A DNA stretch of 64,000 nucleotides, from positions 73,656,001 through 73,720,000 of the forward strand of contig NC_086373.1 in assembly GCF_036588685.1 (NCBI RefSeq), in the 5' to 3' direction. Made by a program: the position numbers and the translations under genes. Shown here piece by piece: positions 1 to 12,517 of this stretch; within the stretch, counting starts at the first letter, position 1; each line of letters starts with the position of its first letter. The stretch comes from Mytilus trossulus (taxonomy: Eukaryota). The notes beneath the pieces are model-generated. The model ran no database searches. It saw only the letters and a program-made list of their open reading frames with translations, and had not been told where the DNA came from.

Positions 1-3000
1 TCACATCAAGGATTACTATACCAGTAAGTTATTTGTTACAGTATTTAGCTCACCTGGTCCAAAGGGCCAGTGTGATCTATTGCTATCACTTAGTATCTAT
101 GTCTGTCGTAGTTCACAACTTTTACAAAAAATCTTCTCTGAAACTACTGGCACAATTATAACCAAATTTGGCCACAATTATTCTTGAGTGAATTGTTTAA
201 AAAATGTATATGAAGGTCACCCCTGCAAACAAATATGTCAACCAAATAAAAAAACACCCTATCGTGTTACTAAAAAATAATTGTTTTACAGTTTTATTTG
301 TTTGGTTTAACAATAGAAGGTGGGCATAATATTACCTTGTCTGTATGTTTGTTCATCCATCTTTCCTGTATCACTTCAAGTTTTAGTTTTAATGTACACG
401 AAATTGTGGTTACATAAACTTGAAACTTATAGAGCACTTGTATATTTTGATGACAACTTTTTAATTATCTGACAAATTAAGGTTTTGATTTTTCGATTTC
501 AAGTTATCTTCACCTGGAAATGTGATGGACGCATTCTTTCTTTTATCAGATTCAATAAGTAATGAGTATTAATCATTTCATTGTTTTGTTTTTCAGGTCG
601 TATTGGAGATATTCCTGAAGATGATGTATATGTTTGTGAGTCCAAATATCTAGAACCAGAAAAAACTATAAAAAAATTAGGAAAAGGATTGAAGGTATAT
701 GATCTTACAAGTATTTTTTATAAAAAATTGTGGCTGTGTGTAAATATTTTTAAAAGGACATGCTCATTGTCCTTATGCAGATTGATAATGTAAAGTTACA
801 ATGATATCAAGTTCTGGTAGATAGATTATTTTTGTTTATTTAAAAAAAAACTAAATAGCTTCTTATTTACACATCATCTAAAATGGTTAATTTATATGCT
901 GTAACACTTGTTAACTCTGCTAATTTTTGCAATCATATAAAATGCACAAATATATCCTAGTTTTATCCAAAGAAATCACAAACACTATTGTTTGTACTAA
1001 ATTGTAATTGTACACAGTCGTTAAACATTGATATTTTTATCCTGGTAAACAAATGTATTTGAAGAAATCTCAATTATCTTTTAATAATTATGGTCTTCCT
1101 CTGATCATGTTTTCACAAGCAGTGCCCTTGTAGCAAGTTATTCTGTAATTTGAAATGATTGAATTACCTATGAATGTAATTTTCCAGAAATACACCCTGT
1201 CACCATTGGTTACGGATGATGAACTTTACTTCTTCAAAAAACCTCTTACTCTACAAAAGGTAAGTTTTATATGAACTTTAAGGTCAAGGTCACATTAACA
1301 AAAAGAAAATTTATTTCCAATATGATGCTGCTGGTTTTTTTCCAGAATTTAAGTTTTCAGAATATGTATTTTAACATTTCTGCAGTAAATGTAGTGGTAT
1401 TTGGAGGGGTTATAACTAAATTTGTAACAGTAATTATATCACATCAAAAGAAATGCTTTTCTTAGTGTTTGTGTGACCTCAGATTATTTTAGTGTGACAT
1501 TATAAATGTGCAGAAATGTAAAAATAGTTTGCATGGATTAAAAGCAATTGGTCAAACTTTACATAAAAGTAAAAGGTGTTTATTCACTGCAACAAGATTG
1601 CACAGTTTTAAATCACTACATTTATTTCACCTACCGTAAACTGTTGACACAATCTTAATGGACTTTTCTAATAGTTAGTTATAAATAGGGTTTTCCATTG
1701 AAAATTTTAGCCTTCAAAAACGTTTCAATTTTGTTTTAAATTTTGAGTGAAAAATGAAGAATGTACAGATTATCGAGGCTTCAGAGGGTCATTAAAACAC
1801 TTGTAAGATAGAAAATATGCATAATAGATATCACAACCAATAAATAAAGACACTTGCAAATTGTGTTTTACAGTGTTCAAACATGTCTACAAAATATTGA
1901 ACTTTTGAATACATAAAAGATCTTTTAAAATATGTCACTTAAAATCAATAAATTAAAAATTGTTAATAAAAGTTTCCTATATAAAGAAATTGAATGTCAA
2001 AAATCTAAAGTAGCTGTTCCCTTTAAAAATGAGATGACAGGCATTCTGAAATTTGCTATCATGTATGGATGCCTTTTTAGATCATCTTTATGAAAAATGG
2101 TAGGGAAAAATGATTTGTAGATAATACTACGATATCAACAGCAAGATGTCTACATTCTCGGAGAGAAGTTGTGTTGAAAAGGAAACAGTAATGGTTAAAT
2201 CTAGGAAAATGAGAATTGCCAACTATGTTCCATGACATAATTTGAATATAAAAAATAGAAAGGGAATTGCTTATTTATGTAGAATGCGGTATTTATAATA
2301 ATCCTTATATTCAGTTTCATATCTTCATAAACATACCTAGTTAGTTATTGACAATGTACATTATTGCATGTGTATTTCCAGATAAATTCTAGTCAACTTT
2401 ATGGAATCAAAACTACAGTAGGGATCTGTCTGTTGCTTTTTCATTGTTTATGTATTAGAGTTATTACAGATCATCACCATAAAATACTTGTGCTGCTTTG
2501 TGTCATTTTTTTTAAATTTGTAATTTAAAAAAAAATTCAACTATAAAAAATTTCAAGATTTAGGAAAAGATTGCAAAAAAAACCAACTTTTTCTTTGTAT
2601 TATATTAAAAATAAAGCATTTTGTTACTTCTTTGACTCTTTTATCCTACACAATATTACAAAAAATGCCATTTTAGTGAATATACAGATATCCATGTTTA
2701 AAAAGTTTTACAAAGTCTGAGATAAAATATTTCTGTAATGGCTCTCGATCATTCTTGCTTTATTTTGCCAACTTTAGCTTTATGTTTCATTACTCATAAT
2801 GTACAGTCCTTTATGTTTTTATGTTTAGTTAGTCATTTATTCCATTTTAAGCATGACATTAATAACATTTTATTTCGTTGATAAGACATTATTTGTTTAC
2901 ATAGAAAGAAGGTATGATATTGATTTCTTTTATAGTGGATTTATAATTATTTGTTGGTTACCAATTTTTGTGGGAAACACAAATTAAAGTGTTTCTGGAA

Positions 3001-6000
3001 TTACAATGTTCTATTGCCTATTACATAGACATATGCAAAACCTATCTATGAAAATCATTTGATAGACTCAAATAATCCTATAAACAGAAGTGTATAGAGA
3101 GTATAGGACAGTATGATTTTGAATCACAAGGTTTAGTCTTTAGAACCTACTTTCTGTAATTGAGAGTATACTTTGATACAGTATTGTTTATTATTGTTTT
3201 GTTTTTTACTTGTGTTAAATACTAGTGATAATGTGGATTCATTTATTTACTGAGCATCACTTTTCGTGTATTGAGGAAAACTTTTATTTTCGTGGATATT
3301 TGATTTCATTGTTTTGGCAAAGTCAGCATACATTTCTTTGGAAAATTTGTTGAACATTTAAATTTGTGGTTCCTTTGTACCCACAAATCCACGAAAATTG
3401 GTATCCAACGAATATTAATGAATCCACAGTATATAGTTAATTTTATGTACCCGATCCAGTTATGTCAATACACTGTCCCTGAATAAGAAATTTGGGGGCA
3501 GAAATTAAAAACCAGATAGTTATTATATCCGTTTAAGTGAAGTTTTTTATGCCCCACCTACGATAGTAGAGTGGCATTATGTTTTCTGGTCTGTGCATTC
3601 ATCTGTCCGTTCATCTGTCCATTCATCCCACTTCAGGTTAAAGTTTTTAGTCAAGGTAGTTTTTGATGAAGCTGAAGTCCAATCAACTTCAAACTTAGTA
3701 TACTTGTTGCTTATGATATGATCTTTCGAATTATAAAGCCAAATTAGACTTTTGACCTTAATTCCATGGTTCACTGAGCATAGAAAATGAAAGTGGGAGT
3801 TTCAGGTTAAAGTTTTTGGTCAAGGTAGTTTTTGATGAAGTTGAAGTCCAATCAACTTGAAACACATGTTCTCTATGGTAAGATCTTTCTTATTTAAATG
3901 CCAAGTTAGATTTTTTACCCAATTTCACGGTCCATTGAATATGGAAAACGATAGTGCAAGTGGGGCATCGTGTACTTTGGACACATTCTTGTTTTTTCTT
4001 AATCTCAAGATCAATTTTTGCATTGATGAAAAAAAAAATTAAATCACTAAACATTTTTTCCAAATGAATTATCAGTTTTAGCTTATAGTTGTTACATTTG
4101 GTATTATCTCAAGTTTAACGTTTTAAATTTTCCAAATGCCTGATGCTTGCTTGATCCATTGGAATTTGACAGATTTTCATAAAACATTTTGGTGATGTGA
4201 GTGAATAATGGTCAGTGATTGATTGATTGATTGATTGTTGTTGGTGTTTTAACGCCACTTTTAAGTGCCACATTTGGGCTATTTTATGGCAGCCACTTTT
4301 AATTGGTGGAGGAAGCCAGAGTGCCTAGAGAAGATCAAGATTGGAGTCTTGTTCCTTTAAAGTTTTTTTAAATGTTATACATTTTCTGTAAGTGTTGTGC
4401 TGTTACTGTTTTTTGTCACTAACACCAAGTTTGCTAGCTTATGCTTTAACCTGCTTCATGTCTTGATTTTCAGGAGCCTTCTCCTTTGTTGATGAAAGTA
4501 AATGAAGATACCAACACTTCTTTTGTTGAGCAGGAGTCGTTCATCGATGAGGACAGTCGATCCATGGATACCAGTATTAGTTCTGTATTCGAATCGTTTA
4601 CTCCACAGCCAGAAAAACAACAAATGTCATCTTCTAGTAAAAAGGTAGTACAAAAGAACAGATCTGGGGTAATTACAAATGTAAATGTAATTGCATGGAA
4701 TTGATCACTAAGTAGATTAATTTAATGTTATGTGTAAGTGAATAGAAAAAACAAAGAATATGAGCATATTTTGAATAAAATGTACTTGTAAGTTAATATT
4801 TACATTGCCTTTTCCATGTTATGGAGAACAGGGAATCTCATTCTTGATGGTTTACATTTTATTTGAATGATACAGTTTATATTGCAACAGTAATCAACAA
4901 GTAATTAATTACTTTCTCATGAAATTTGACCCACGTCTGCAAAAGAATCAGCTAATAGGATGCTTTTGGGTGTAAACCTATAGGAGCATTAGTTGTTGAT
5001 ATCAACTGAAAGTTTTATATGAGACACTTTCATTTATTATTTCTTTACTATTTATTTAAACTTCACGTCTTCTAAACTTTAATCCCTGAACACTATTTTT
5101 AGAGTTTACAAAATAGATTTGTATGTTCACAGAAGTGCAGTGAAGGCACTTGAATTCAAGGAAATAGGATTTTTTTTTTTTTTTATGTAATTTTTTTTTA
5201 TAATTTAAAAAGGAATGGAATAAAAATGTTCAGTATTATAGCAGTTTTGATATTTTAGGCCAAACCAGGAATGAGGAGACAGATCAGTGGATATATTGTA
5301 TATTCTGGAGTAATAAGAAAACAAATACAGCATGATAATCCTGATTGTTCCTTTGGGGACATCAGTCGTATTGTGGGGACAAAGGTAAAATGTGGCATGT
5401 AGCCAAGTTGCCTCGTGTTTAACTGTGCATGATGCATGACAAAGGTCCATATAGGAAAACAAAAGTAAAACTAAGAAACTCTCTATGACCATTACATATG
5501 TTTAATGTTTCCTAAATGGACCTTAGTAACATTATTTTTATGTTGCATTTTGTTTTGATTTATATAAATTTTGTAGGATAGAAAGCCACGAGTACCTAGC
5601 GGTTATATATTGTTTTCAAAGGACTTTCGCCGACAGACTCAACAGAAAAATCAATCAATATCTTTTGGTGAAATGAGTCGTATGGTGGGAGAAAAGGTAA
5701 AAATATCTAAATAACTTGATAAATGGTTTTACATAAGTAAGGAAGTCTTTATTGACCTTTAACCTCAAGAAAGTTACTTGTATATATTTTCTATAGTAAT
5801 CATAGCCCAATCTTACATTTTTCTTTGATTTAATATAAAACTGGTACTATCTATAAATAAGATTTAACAATTAGGGATAACAAAACTGTGTTACTTGTTT
5901 AAGGTAAAGTGAATATAGTCTTGTCTGCATTTCTAAAGTCAAGTTGTCAGTTAAGATCACATTTTGTTACATACTAAGAATCAAAGATTACAACAATACA

Positions 6001-9000
6001 GGAAATGATTTAAACAATATCTGCTTATTTAAGAATAATTTTTTCCCAGAATTATGAAATAAGCTAGGTGTTAATTTTAATGAACTTTTGACATGAGAGC
6101 ACAATTAAAAGTTTTATTCATTTCCGTCACAATATTTTGGCAGAAGGGTAAAAGTTCTAGAAGCTTATTAAATGAGGACAAGCAAATGGTTTATTTGCCT
6201 TTCAAATGACATTGGTTTATTGCTCATCAACCCAACACTCATCATCATAAAGTGTGATCAGAAGATATCATAGGTGAATCAAAATAAAATTGAGAACGTA
6301 AACAGGGAATGAGTCGAAGAGCATAAAACAGCCCAAGGACAACAATGGGTCTTAAACACTTCATGAGAAAATAGCGCTACTGGTGTCCTCTTTGAAAAAG
6401 TTTTATTATATACATTTATTTGTTTATGTGCTGACATGTTGTTATGTTTTGTCCATGTAGATGTATATTGTGTACTGTATATATGTATAGTAGCTCCCAA
6501 AATATTTTGTGTATTTACATTCCCTGCATTTTGAATTTTGTTTTTAACCTAGAATAGATAGATGTAAATGTGTTATGTGCTAACTTATATGTCATGTATA
6601 AACAAATACAATTTAAAAACGTCTGCAAGATTTTTTTATCAATGCGAAGTTCTAATTTTAAACATTACTTTATGGTTTGAATTTGATTATGCTGAAGTAA
6701 TTACATTAATGTCTGTAATGTGTACAATTTCATTATTAATTTGAATAGGTGAGCTATTAAAAGCATGATTATTGTTAAAAAGTTTTAAAAAAACCACTGT
6801 TTTATTCACCTTAATTGAAAGTTAAACCAAAAAAAGTTGAGAAACTACATCGCGCTATTCTAAAAACCCAGAGGCATGCAAGTTATATGCTAATTTTAAG
6901 AATATTTCATTATTTTTAATTTTTGTTAGCATCATTTTCATATTTAATAGCTTTTGCATGTTACATATTCTATACATATTTAGTTACATTAGGAAATACT
7001 TTGAATAACTGATTGATAATAAATTGAGATAGTAAATTTACAATATTTAATTATCATAATAAACCATCTAATGCTGAATTCATTATCTGATTTCATCAAA
7101 AGCTATAAATGCATTGTGTGAAAATATAAACATAAGTCGTTATTGTTTCCAATATTAAAAAACCTTTCTTTGCACCTGGAGAAAAGGATAATATCTTCAT
7201 GGATACTGAAAAAAAATTAGCATGAATTTCCTGTTTTTTTTTTTAAATTTAGATTTCATAATTAAATAAATAAATTAATATCCTTCAACAGAAATCCGAA
7301 CAATTATTGTGTGAAGTTAAAGGTACAGATTTTGAGAATTTATAGATTACTTTTAACTATTTATAAACCAGTCTTTTGATTTGATTACACCACTTGCCAT
7401 TCAAAGTCATTCCTTGTTAAAAAAAAAAAATAAGGGGAAAAAAAAAAGAAATAAAGAAACTAAAAAAAAAATCATATAAAAAGTTTGATCTGTTCTTTCA
7501 TTGTCTCTTTCTTATAATATCCCATAATTAACCTAACAGGTTAAAAAGTTTAGTAAAAGTAAAATGAATAACTCATAACTAATCTGCTGTAAAGGTGTTC
7601 CTCTGTAGAGTCATTCGATCTAATCACCGTTGATTCAATATTTTATTTTACTAAATCCTTTTCAAAAATGAAGTAGAGTATAAAAAATCAGAATGGACTG
7701 TCTGCATGACATTGCATTGTTCAGCAAGATTTTTTTAGAAATCTTGCACCTTACTGATTAATCACAGAGCTAATGGATGATAAAATGCAGAAGAATTTTT
7801 TTCTTTCCCATTGTAATATTGTATTATTTAACATTAAACAATAAGTGATAGAGTTAAAATTCTTGGGATGCAAAAGTTCTTATTAAGGATTATTTGAAGT
7901 GTGTCAGGCCTGAGGTAACAAGTTTCTGGAAGCCTTAAAACTACTTAAACATTAAGAGTGAATCTTAGTTGATGTTAAAAAGAAGATTTTAAAGGAAATC
8001 AAGAACAAAAATTGTTTAAGAATGAATCTTAGTTGATGTTAAAAAGAAGATTTTAAAAGAAATCAAGAACAAAAAATTTATCAAAGTTATCATTCTTTAC
8101 TGTTGTTGGGCAAAAGTAGTTAAACAATAAATGTAAGATTTTTAAGAAAAAAAAAAAAAAGGATTTACCTTATCTAAAAATTGTTTAACTTTGCATGCTA
8201 TATGATTTCTTTTTACTGTATTCAACTTTTAGTGGAGAAATTTAAGTCTTGATGAGAAACAAATGTATGAAGGTAGAGCCAAGAAAATAGCAGAGGAACA
8301 AGTGGCTAAGCAGCAAGAAGCTGAACGTGCCTTCAATGAGAGTCTTTCACAACAGCAGCAGCAACAACAGCAACAACAGAGTCCATGGGGAGATCTATCA
8401 AAGATGTCTCCCTCGATATCTAGACCTTCCACACCAGCTCAAGGTATATATCTAACTGTGTCAATATTGTTTGTCTTGTTCAATGTAAATTTGCACCTCG
8501 AAAATTGTGTTTGTTTCCAGCCTAAGAAACTGGTATTAATATGACTCATTTATAACTGGTTTATCAATACTGTTTAATTCAATACAAGAGAATAATATTA
8601 TTCTTATATTTAGTAAGGGAAATGATATTTGCCTTTGGAGTTTTGAAAGTAACATGTTTACACTCTTTCAACCAAATGTTATGCTTCTTACTATGAAAAA
8701 CACAGATCAAGTATGAATGTTTGTGGTGTCCCCTTTACAGTTCTCTGAATCTGTAATCTGAACAATATGCAGTGTTGGAGACATGCTTTTGAATAAAAAT
8801 TTAGACTTACATTTCCCTTAGATCACCAGGAGTTTCACCTGTGAAATATTGCCTAAATGCTGTTGATGATATGTAAAAGATTTAGCTACTTACTAGAAAA
8901 TTGGTCAATAAATGTATGGAACAAGTTGTAAATATAGAGCATTTTGTATTAACTAGACATGTAAAATGACAACTACATGGTAGTCCAAAACTTTGTTAAG

Positions 9001-12000
9001 TCTTGATAAATACAGCATAAGGTTACTTGGGATTGAGTATTGAAACAAAAAAATTTGGGTTATATTGTTCATTAGATAAATGTACAATGCCTTAGTTTCT
9101 ATTTATTTTTTCAAATGATATTTCATTTCCTATAATATGGTTGAGTGGATTGATATACTCTGCTTTGGCAAAACCAAAAAAAAGCTTTTTATTTTAAAAA
9201 TTTTCAGATTAATTAATAGGGGCTGCAACCATTTGTATTTGAAATCTAAGATTTTAAATATGGAAGAATTCTAAGCACTTCATTTAACCTTTATTGAAAC
9301 ATGTTCAAAATAAAAGAGCATCTCTTCTTGAAACAGAACATTTACTTAATATGCTAACAACTGCACTTCATATCTGATCTGACCACGAATATTCAACAAT
9401 GTCCAGTCGTTTCTGATGATTTTTTTCAAATGGTACACCAAATGTTTCCATAGTCTGCACATGAAATTGGGTGTTAGGCCTCAGCACTTTTGAAATTTGT
9501 TAAACAAAGTCACAATGTTGATATATAACTCACAATTTTGATTCAAATGTGTAGGGTGTACAACTCAAAAAAGAATTTTCTATTATTTTGGTTTATGCAT
9601 ATATCTAAATCTTTTAATTAAAAAAACTTTAAAACAGTTTCTAATTATCCCAAAACACAAACACAGCTACTCCAAAAACCTTTATAAAATAAATTAAATG
9701 TGCAAGTTAAGTATTTAAAATATTTGACATCAAATCTGATGTAATGAAAGCATGTTTATATTGTTGTAACTTTTTAAGCATGACATCCCGTAGCTTCTTG
9801 TTGCGGATTTTTATTTTTGCTTGCATGGTTCATTTGCTTTCTGTTGTTTCACCCTAAATAAAGGTTATACAAATGGATATCATCCAATGCAGAGAGGAGC
9901 AACACCACCCAATCAGAGATTTATGTCTCCATACCAGCAACAAGGTTTTCCTGGAATGAGACCTATGGGACAAGGAGGTTACAGTCCCTCCCCTCAGTAT
10001 GCTCCCCACCCTCATGCACAACCGCATGCTAATGTGCCTCCACAGTCTATTGCAGGTATGACTGAAGTCAATGTATATGTATGAATAGTAGGAACTGTGG
10101 AATTATTGGGTTATTAATATGTCTTACCATGTTTTTAAGAATACCATGTGTCTTCTCTGTTACCTCTGTATCCAATCAGGTTCAATTTTAGCTAAGACTT
10201 TGTTAAATATTATTATACAAAATTGTAAAGATTTATTTCAATGATCACAGCAAAAGGAAGGCACATTTTTTTAATACAAAAGAACAACTGTTTTTGGCTC
10301 AGTGTTAAATTACAGATTCTTGTTGAGCCAATTTTTCACTTTTGTAAAAATTATTTGATAGTATGAATATTTTAATTAATCTTTCCACAGTTTCCTCAGC
10401 TATAATATGTTCTTACCTTTTACAAAAGATGGTGAAAGTAATACTTTTGGATTACAGAACCTGTTATAAATTGAAGTCAGATTTATTATGTCTAGACTAG
10501 AAGTGTTGATACTCCATCCTTGCTGTCAATGACGATCTGTTCAGTCGCATCAACATCATAATGAATGGTCTGAAAAGGATCTGAACAGTTCTGAATTGAC
10601 TGCAAGCAAATTGTCTAAATCTATGAATTGTTGAAATTACCGCAGATGATAAGTCTGAAAATTTCAATAAGTCTCAGGAGAGGGCATTTGTGTTGTACAG
10701 ACACATCTAGTTTTATAATTCAAATTTCATCAAGCAAGTATTAGTGCTGGTTTTGGTTTTTATTTCAAATCCAAGTTATTATAGGTATGCATGTATGGTA
10801 TTGCTAGATTGTTGTTTTGATGTAATAATGTTTTGAATATAATGCATATAAATTGTTTTTCTAATAACATCTAAACAGTTTCCTATAGAATAATTCTGAC
10901 TTTTTCCTTTGCTAACAGTATGTGTCAAACTAAACCTAAGAATAGTCCTGACATATCTCTTGCTAAGAAAGATTGTGTCTAAAACTGTAATCCAGGGATC
11001 TCTCTTATCTTAGTTATCTTTTGTTTAATACTGATTTACATAAGAGTGAGTGGTCTGATAAAAGGAATAAACATTTAACAACATGACAATCTTTTTCAAC
11101 ATTGCATGGAACAATGCAGAGCATGTAATCTGCCAGATTAAATAATGAAGTAGTAACATAAAAAAATTTGACACTCGATTCAAAAGTAAAACCAATAAAA
11201 TGTTACAAAACTTAACTGAAATTAATAAACTACAAATATTCTGATATTCTTATACAAGGTACATTTACAACCTATCCTTTTTTTCTTTTCTTTTTTTTTT
11301 TTAAACAAAACAAGAATATGTCCCGAGTAAATGCCCGGGCCACTTGCACTTTAATTTTCTATGTTCAATGGACCGTGAAATTGGGGTAAAAACTCTAATT
11401 TTGCATAAAAAGATCATATCATAAGGAACATATGTAATAAGTTTCAAGTTGATTGGACTTCAACTTCATCAAAAACTACCTTGACCAAAAACTTTAACCT
11501 GAAGCGGAACAAACGGATGAATGGACGTACAGACCAGAAAACATAATGCCCCTCTTCTATTGTAGGTGGGGCATAAAAAATAATTTTCAATGTAGTTACC
11601 AAGTTTTTGATTTTATGAATTGTCGAACAAAATAAATAAATTGGTTCCATAAAGACCTGACAATGTTATGTGAGTATTTGCTCCAGAATTGCATGGTTAA
11701 CAGAATTTGTTGACGTTTCTGTTTATAAAATGAAATCCCTACATTTTCAAATTGTCTGTTTTATTCTTAGGACCTGTACCATTACCCCCTCCAAAGCCTC
11801 CATCACCTGTGTTTGTCAGCGTCCCACCAAGGACACAGAGACTTCTACATTCAGAGGCATATTTGAGGTAAGATATTTTATATTAATTAGCATTGATTAC
11901 CTTACCAAAATTAATCAAGTTGTTTACAAAAGTGTCCCTGATAGTAAAATATACACATACTTGAGCCAACTTGACAAATCTGGCAATTGAAATAGTATGC

Positions 12001-12517
12001 TTGTTCATATATGACTATAGATAACAAATTTCGGGGGTCCAAAGTTTATGGTTCATCAATACTAAGACATTTTAATATCAAAATATTTATTTTACTGAAT
12101 TTGTTCAATTCCATGAACATAAAACTTTTTTTTTGTCAGCAATCCACACAATTAGGTATCTACTTATGAAGGTACTGTCAAAGTAACCAGTTAGATTACA
12201 TGGTTCACTGATTATTTCTTCAATATAAGGTAAAAGTAGTGATGTATTTAGATATTTAGAACAATTCTTTGTTTTACAGGTATATTGAAGGATTACATGC
12301 TGATAAACCAAATGTTGGGGATTGGGAGAAGAATTTAACAGCAACTCCAGAAAATACCAAAACTGATGAAAGCCGAATGCCAGCCAGCTGGTTAGCTCAA
12401 GGTGCAGGTTACCATGGCAATGTTTCTAATGCATTATGGGCATTAAGGGATCTGATGCTAAAAGATACACTTAATATAACTAGAACAGTCCCATTTGAAT
12501 CTCTTTGTAAGTACTGA
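1..12517 (+). CDS. PBRM1: Polybromo-1 (BAF180), 5'-partial. Exons: <1-23, 597-694, 1188-1259, 4474-4644 (or 4668), 5259-5384 and/or 5577-5696, 8233-8443, 9864-10055, 11771-11867, 12280-12517
   Basis: GT-AG, phase-compatible exons translate to RIGDIPEDDVYVCESKY..KGLK/KYTLSPLVTDDELYFFKKPLTLQK/EPSPLL (BAH2 end), SGYILFS..SFGEMSRMVGEK/WRNL (HMG box) and PPRTQRLLHSEAYLR/YIEGL..NALWALRDLMLKDTL (PBRM1 C-terminus), all recognisable from vertebrate PBRM1. Confidence 0.95.
44..240. mobile_element. HINE-like family 2 fragment
   Basis: TTTAGCTCACCTGGTCCAAAGGGCCA matches the reverse termini at 34015-34043 and 34938-34964. Confidence 0.6.
3543..3992. mobile_element. Helentron/HINE-like non-autonomous element, family 1
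   Basis: TTTTTATGCCCCACCTAC..GGCAT start, (CCRT)n microsatellite, internal duplication, GACACATTCTTGTT end; reverse copies at 11310-11580 and 25740-26110. Confidence 0.7.
4216..4350 (-). mobile_element. SINE-like fragment with (AATC)n tail
   Basis: (GATT)n followed by GGTGTTTAACGCCACTTT..GGAGGAAGCC; a related, interrupted copy lies at 14630-14692 plus 15861-16010. Confidence 0.5.
5259..5384 (+). CDS. PBRM1: PBRM1 HMG-box exon variant A (42 aa)
   Basis: tattttag|GCC...AAG|gtaaaa; open frame AKPGMRRQISGYIVYSGVIRKQIQHDNPDCSFGDISRIVGTK; phase 0-0. Confidence 0.88.
5395..5438 (+). promoter_or_regulatory. Cluster of RBFOX-type intronic splicing elements
   Basis: GCATG at 5395-5399, TGCATG at 5426-5431 and 5433-5438, within the 192-nt intron between exons A and B. 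Confidence 0.6.
5577..5696 (+). CDS. PBRM1: PBRM1 HMG-box exon variant B (40 aa)
   Basis: ttttgtag|GAT...AAG|gtaaaa; open frame DRKPRVPSGYILFSKDFRRQTQQKNQSISFGEMSRMVGEK; phase 0-0. Confidence 0.88.
11310..11580. mobile_element. HINE-like family 1 copy (reverse orientation)
   Basis: Reverse-complement match to 3543-3992. Confidence 0.7.

Noticed and set aside
2905-2911. PBRM1 microexon atag|AAAGAAG|gtatga
   Set aside because: 7 nt would frameshift, and the flanking exons already join in frame as QK/EPSPLL
7954-8077. About 64-bp direct tandem duplication in a PBRM1 intron
   Set aside because: Ordinary local slippage duplication with no splice signals or third HMG-like exon
8229-8432. Poly-Cys ORF on the - strand
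   Set aside because: Antisense shadow of the PBRM1 polyQ exon
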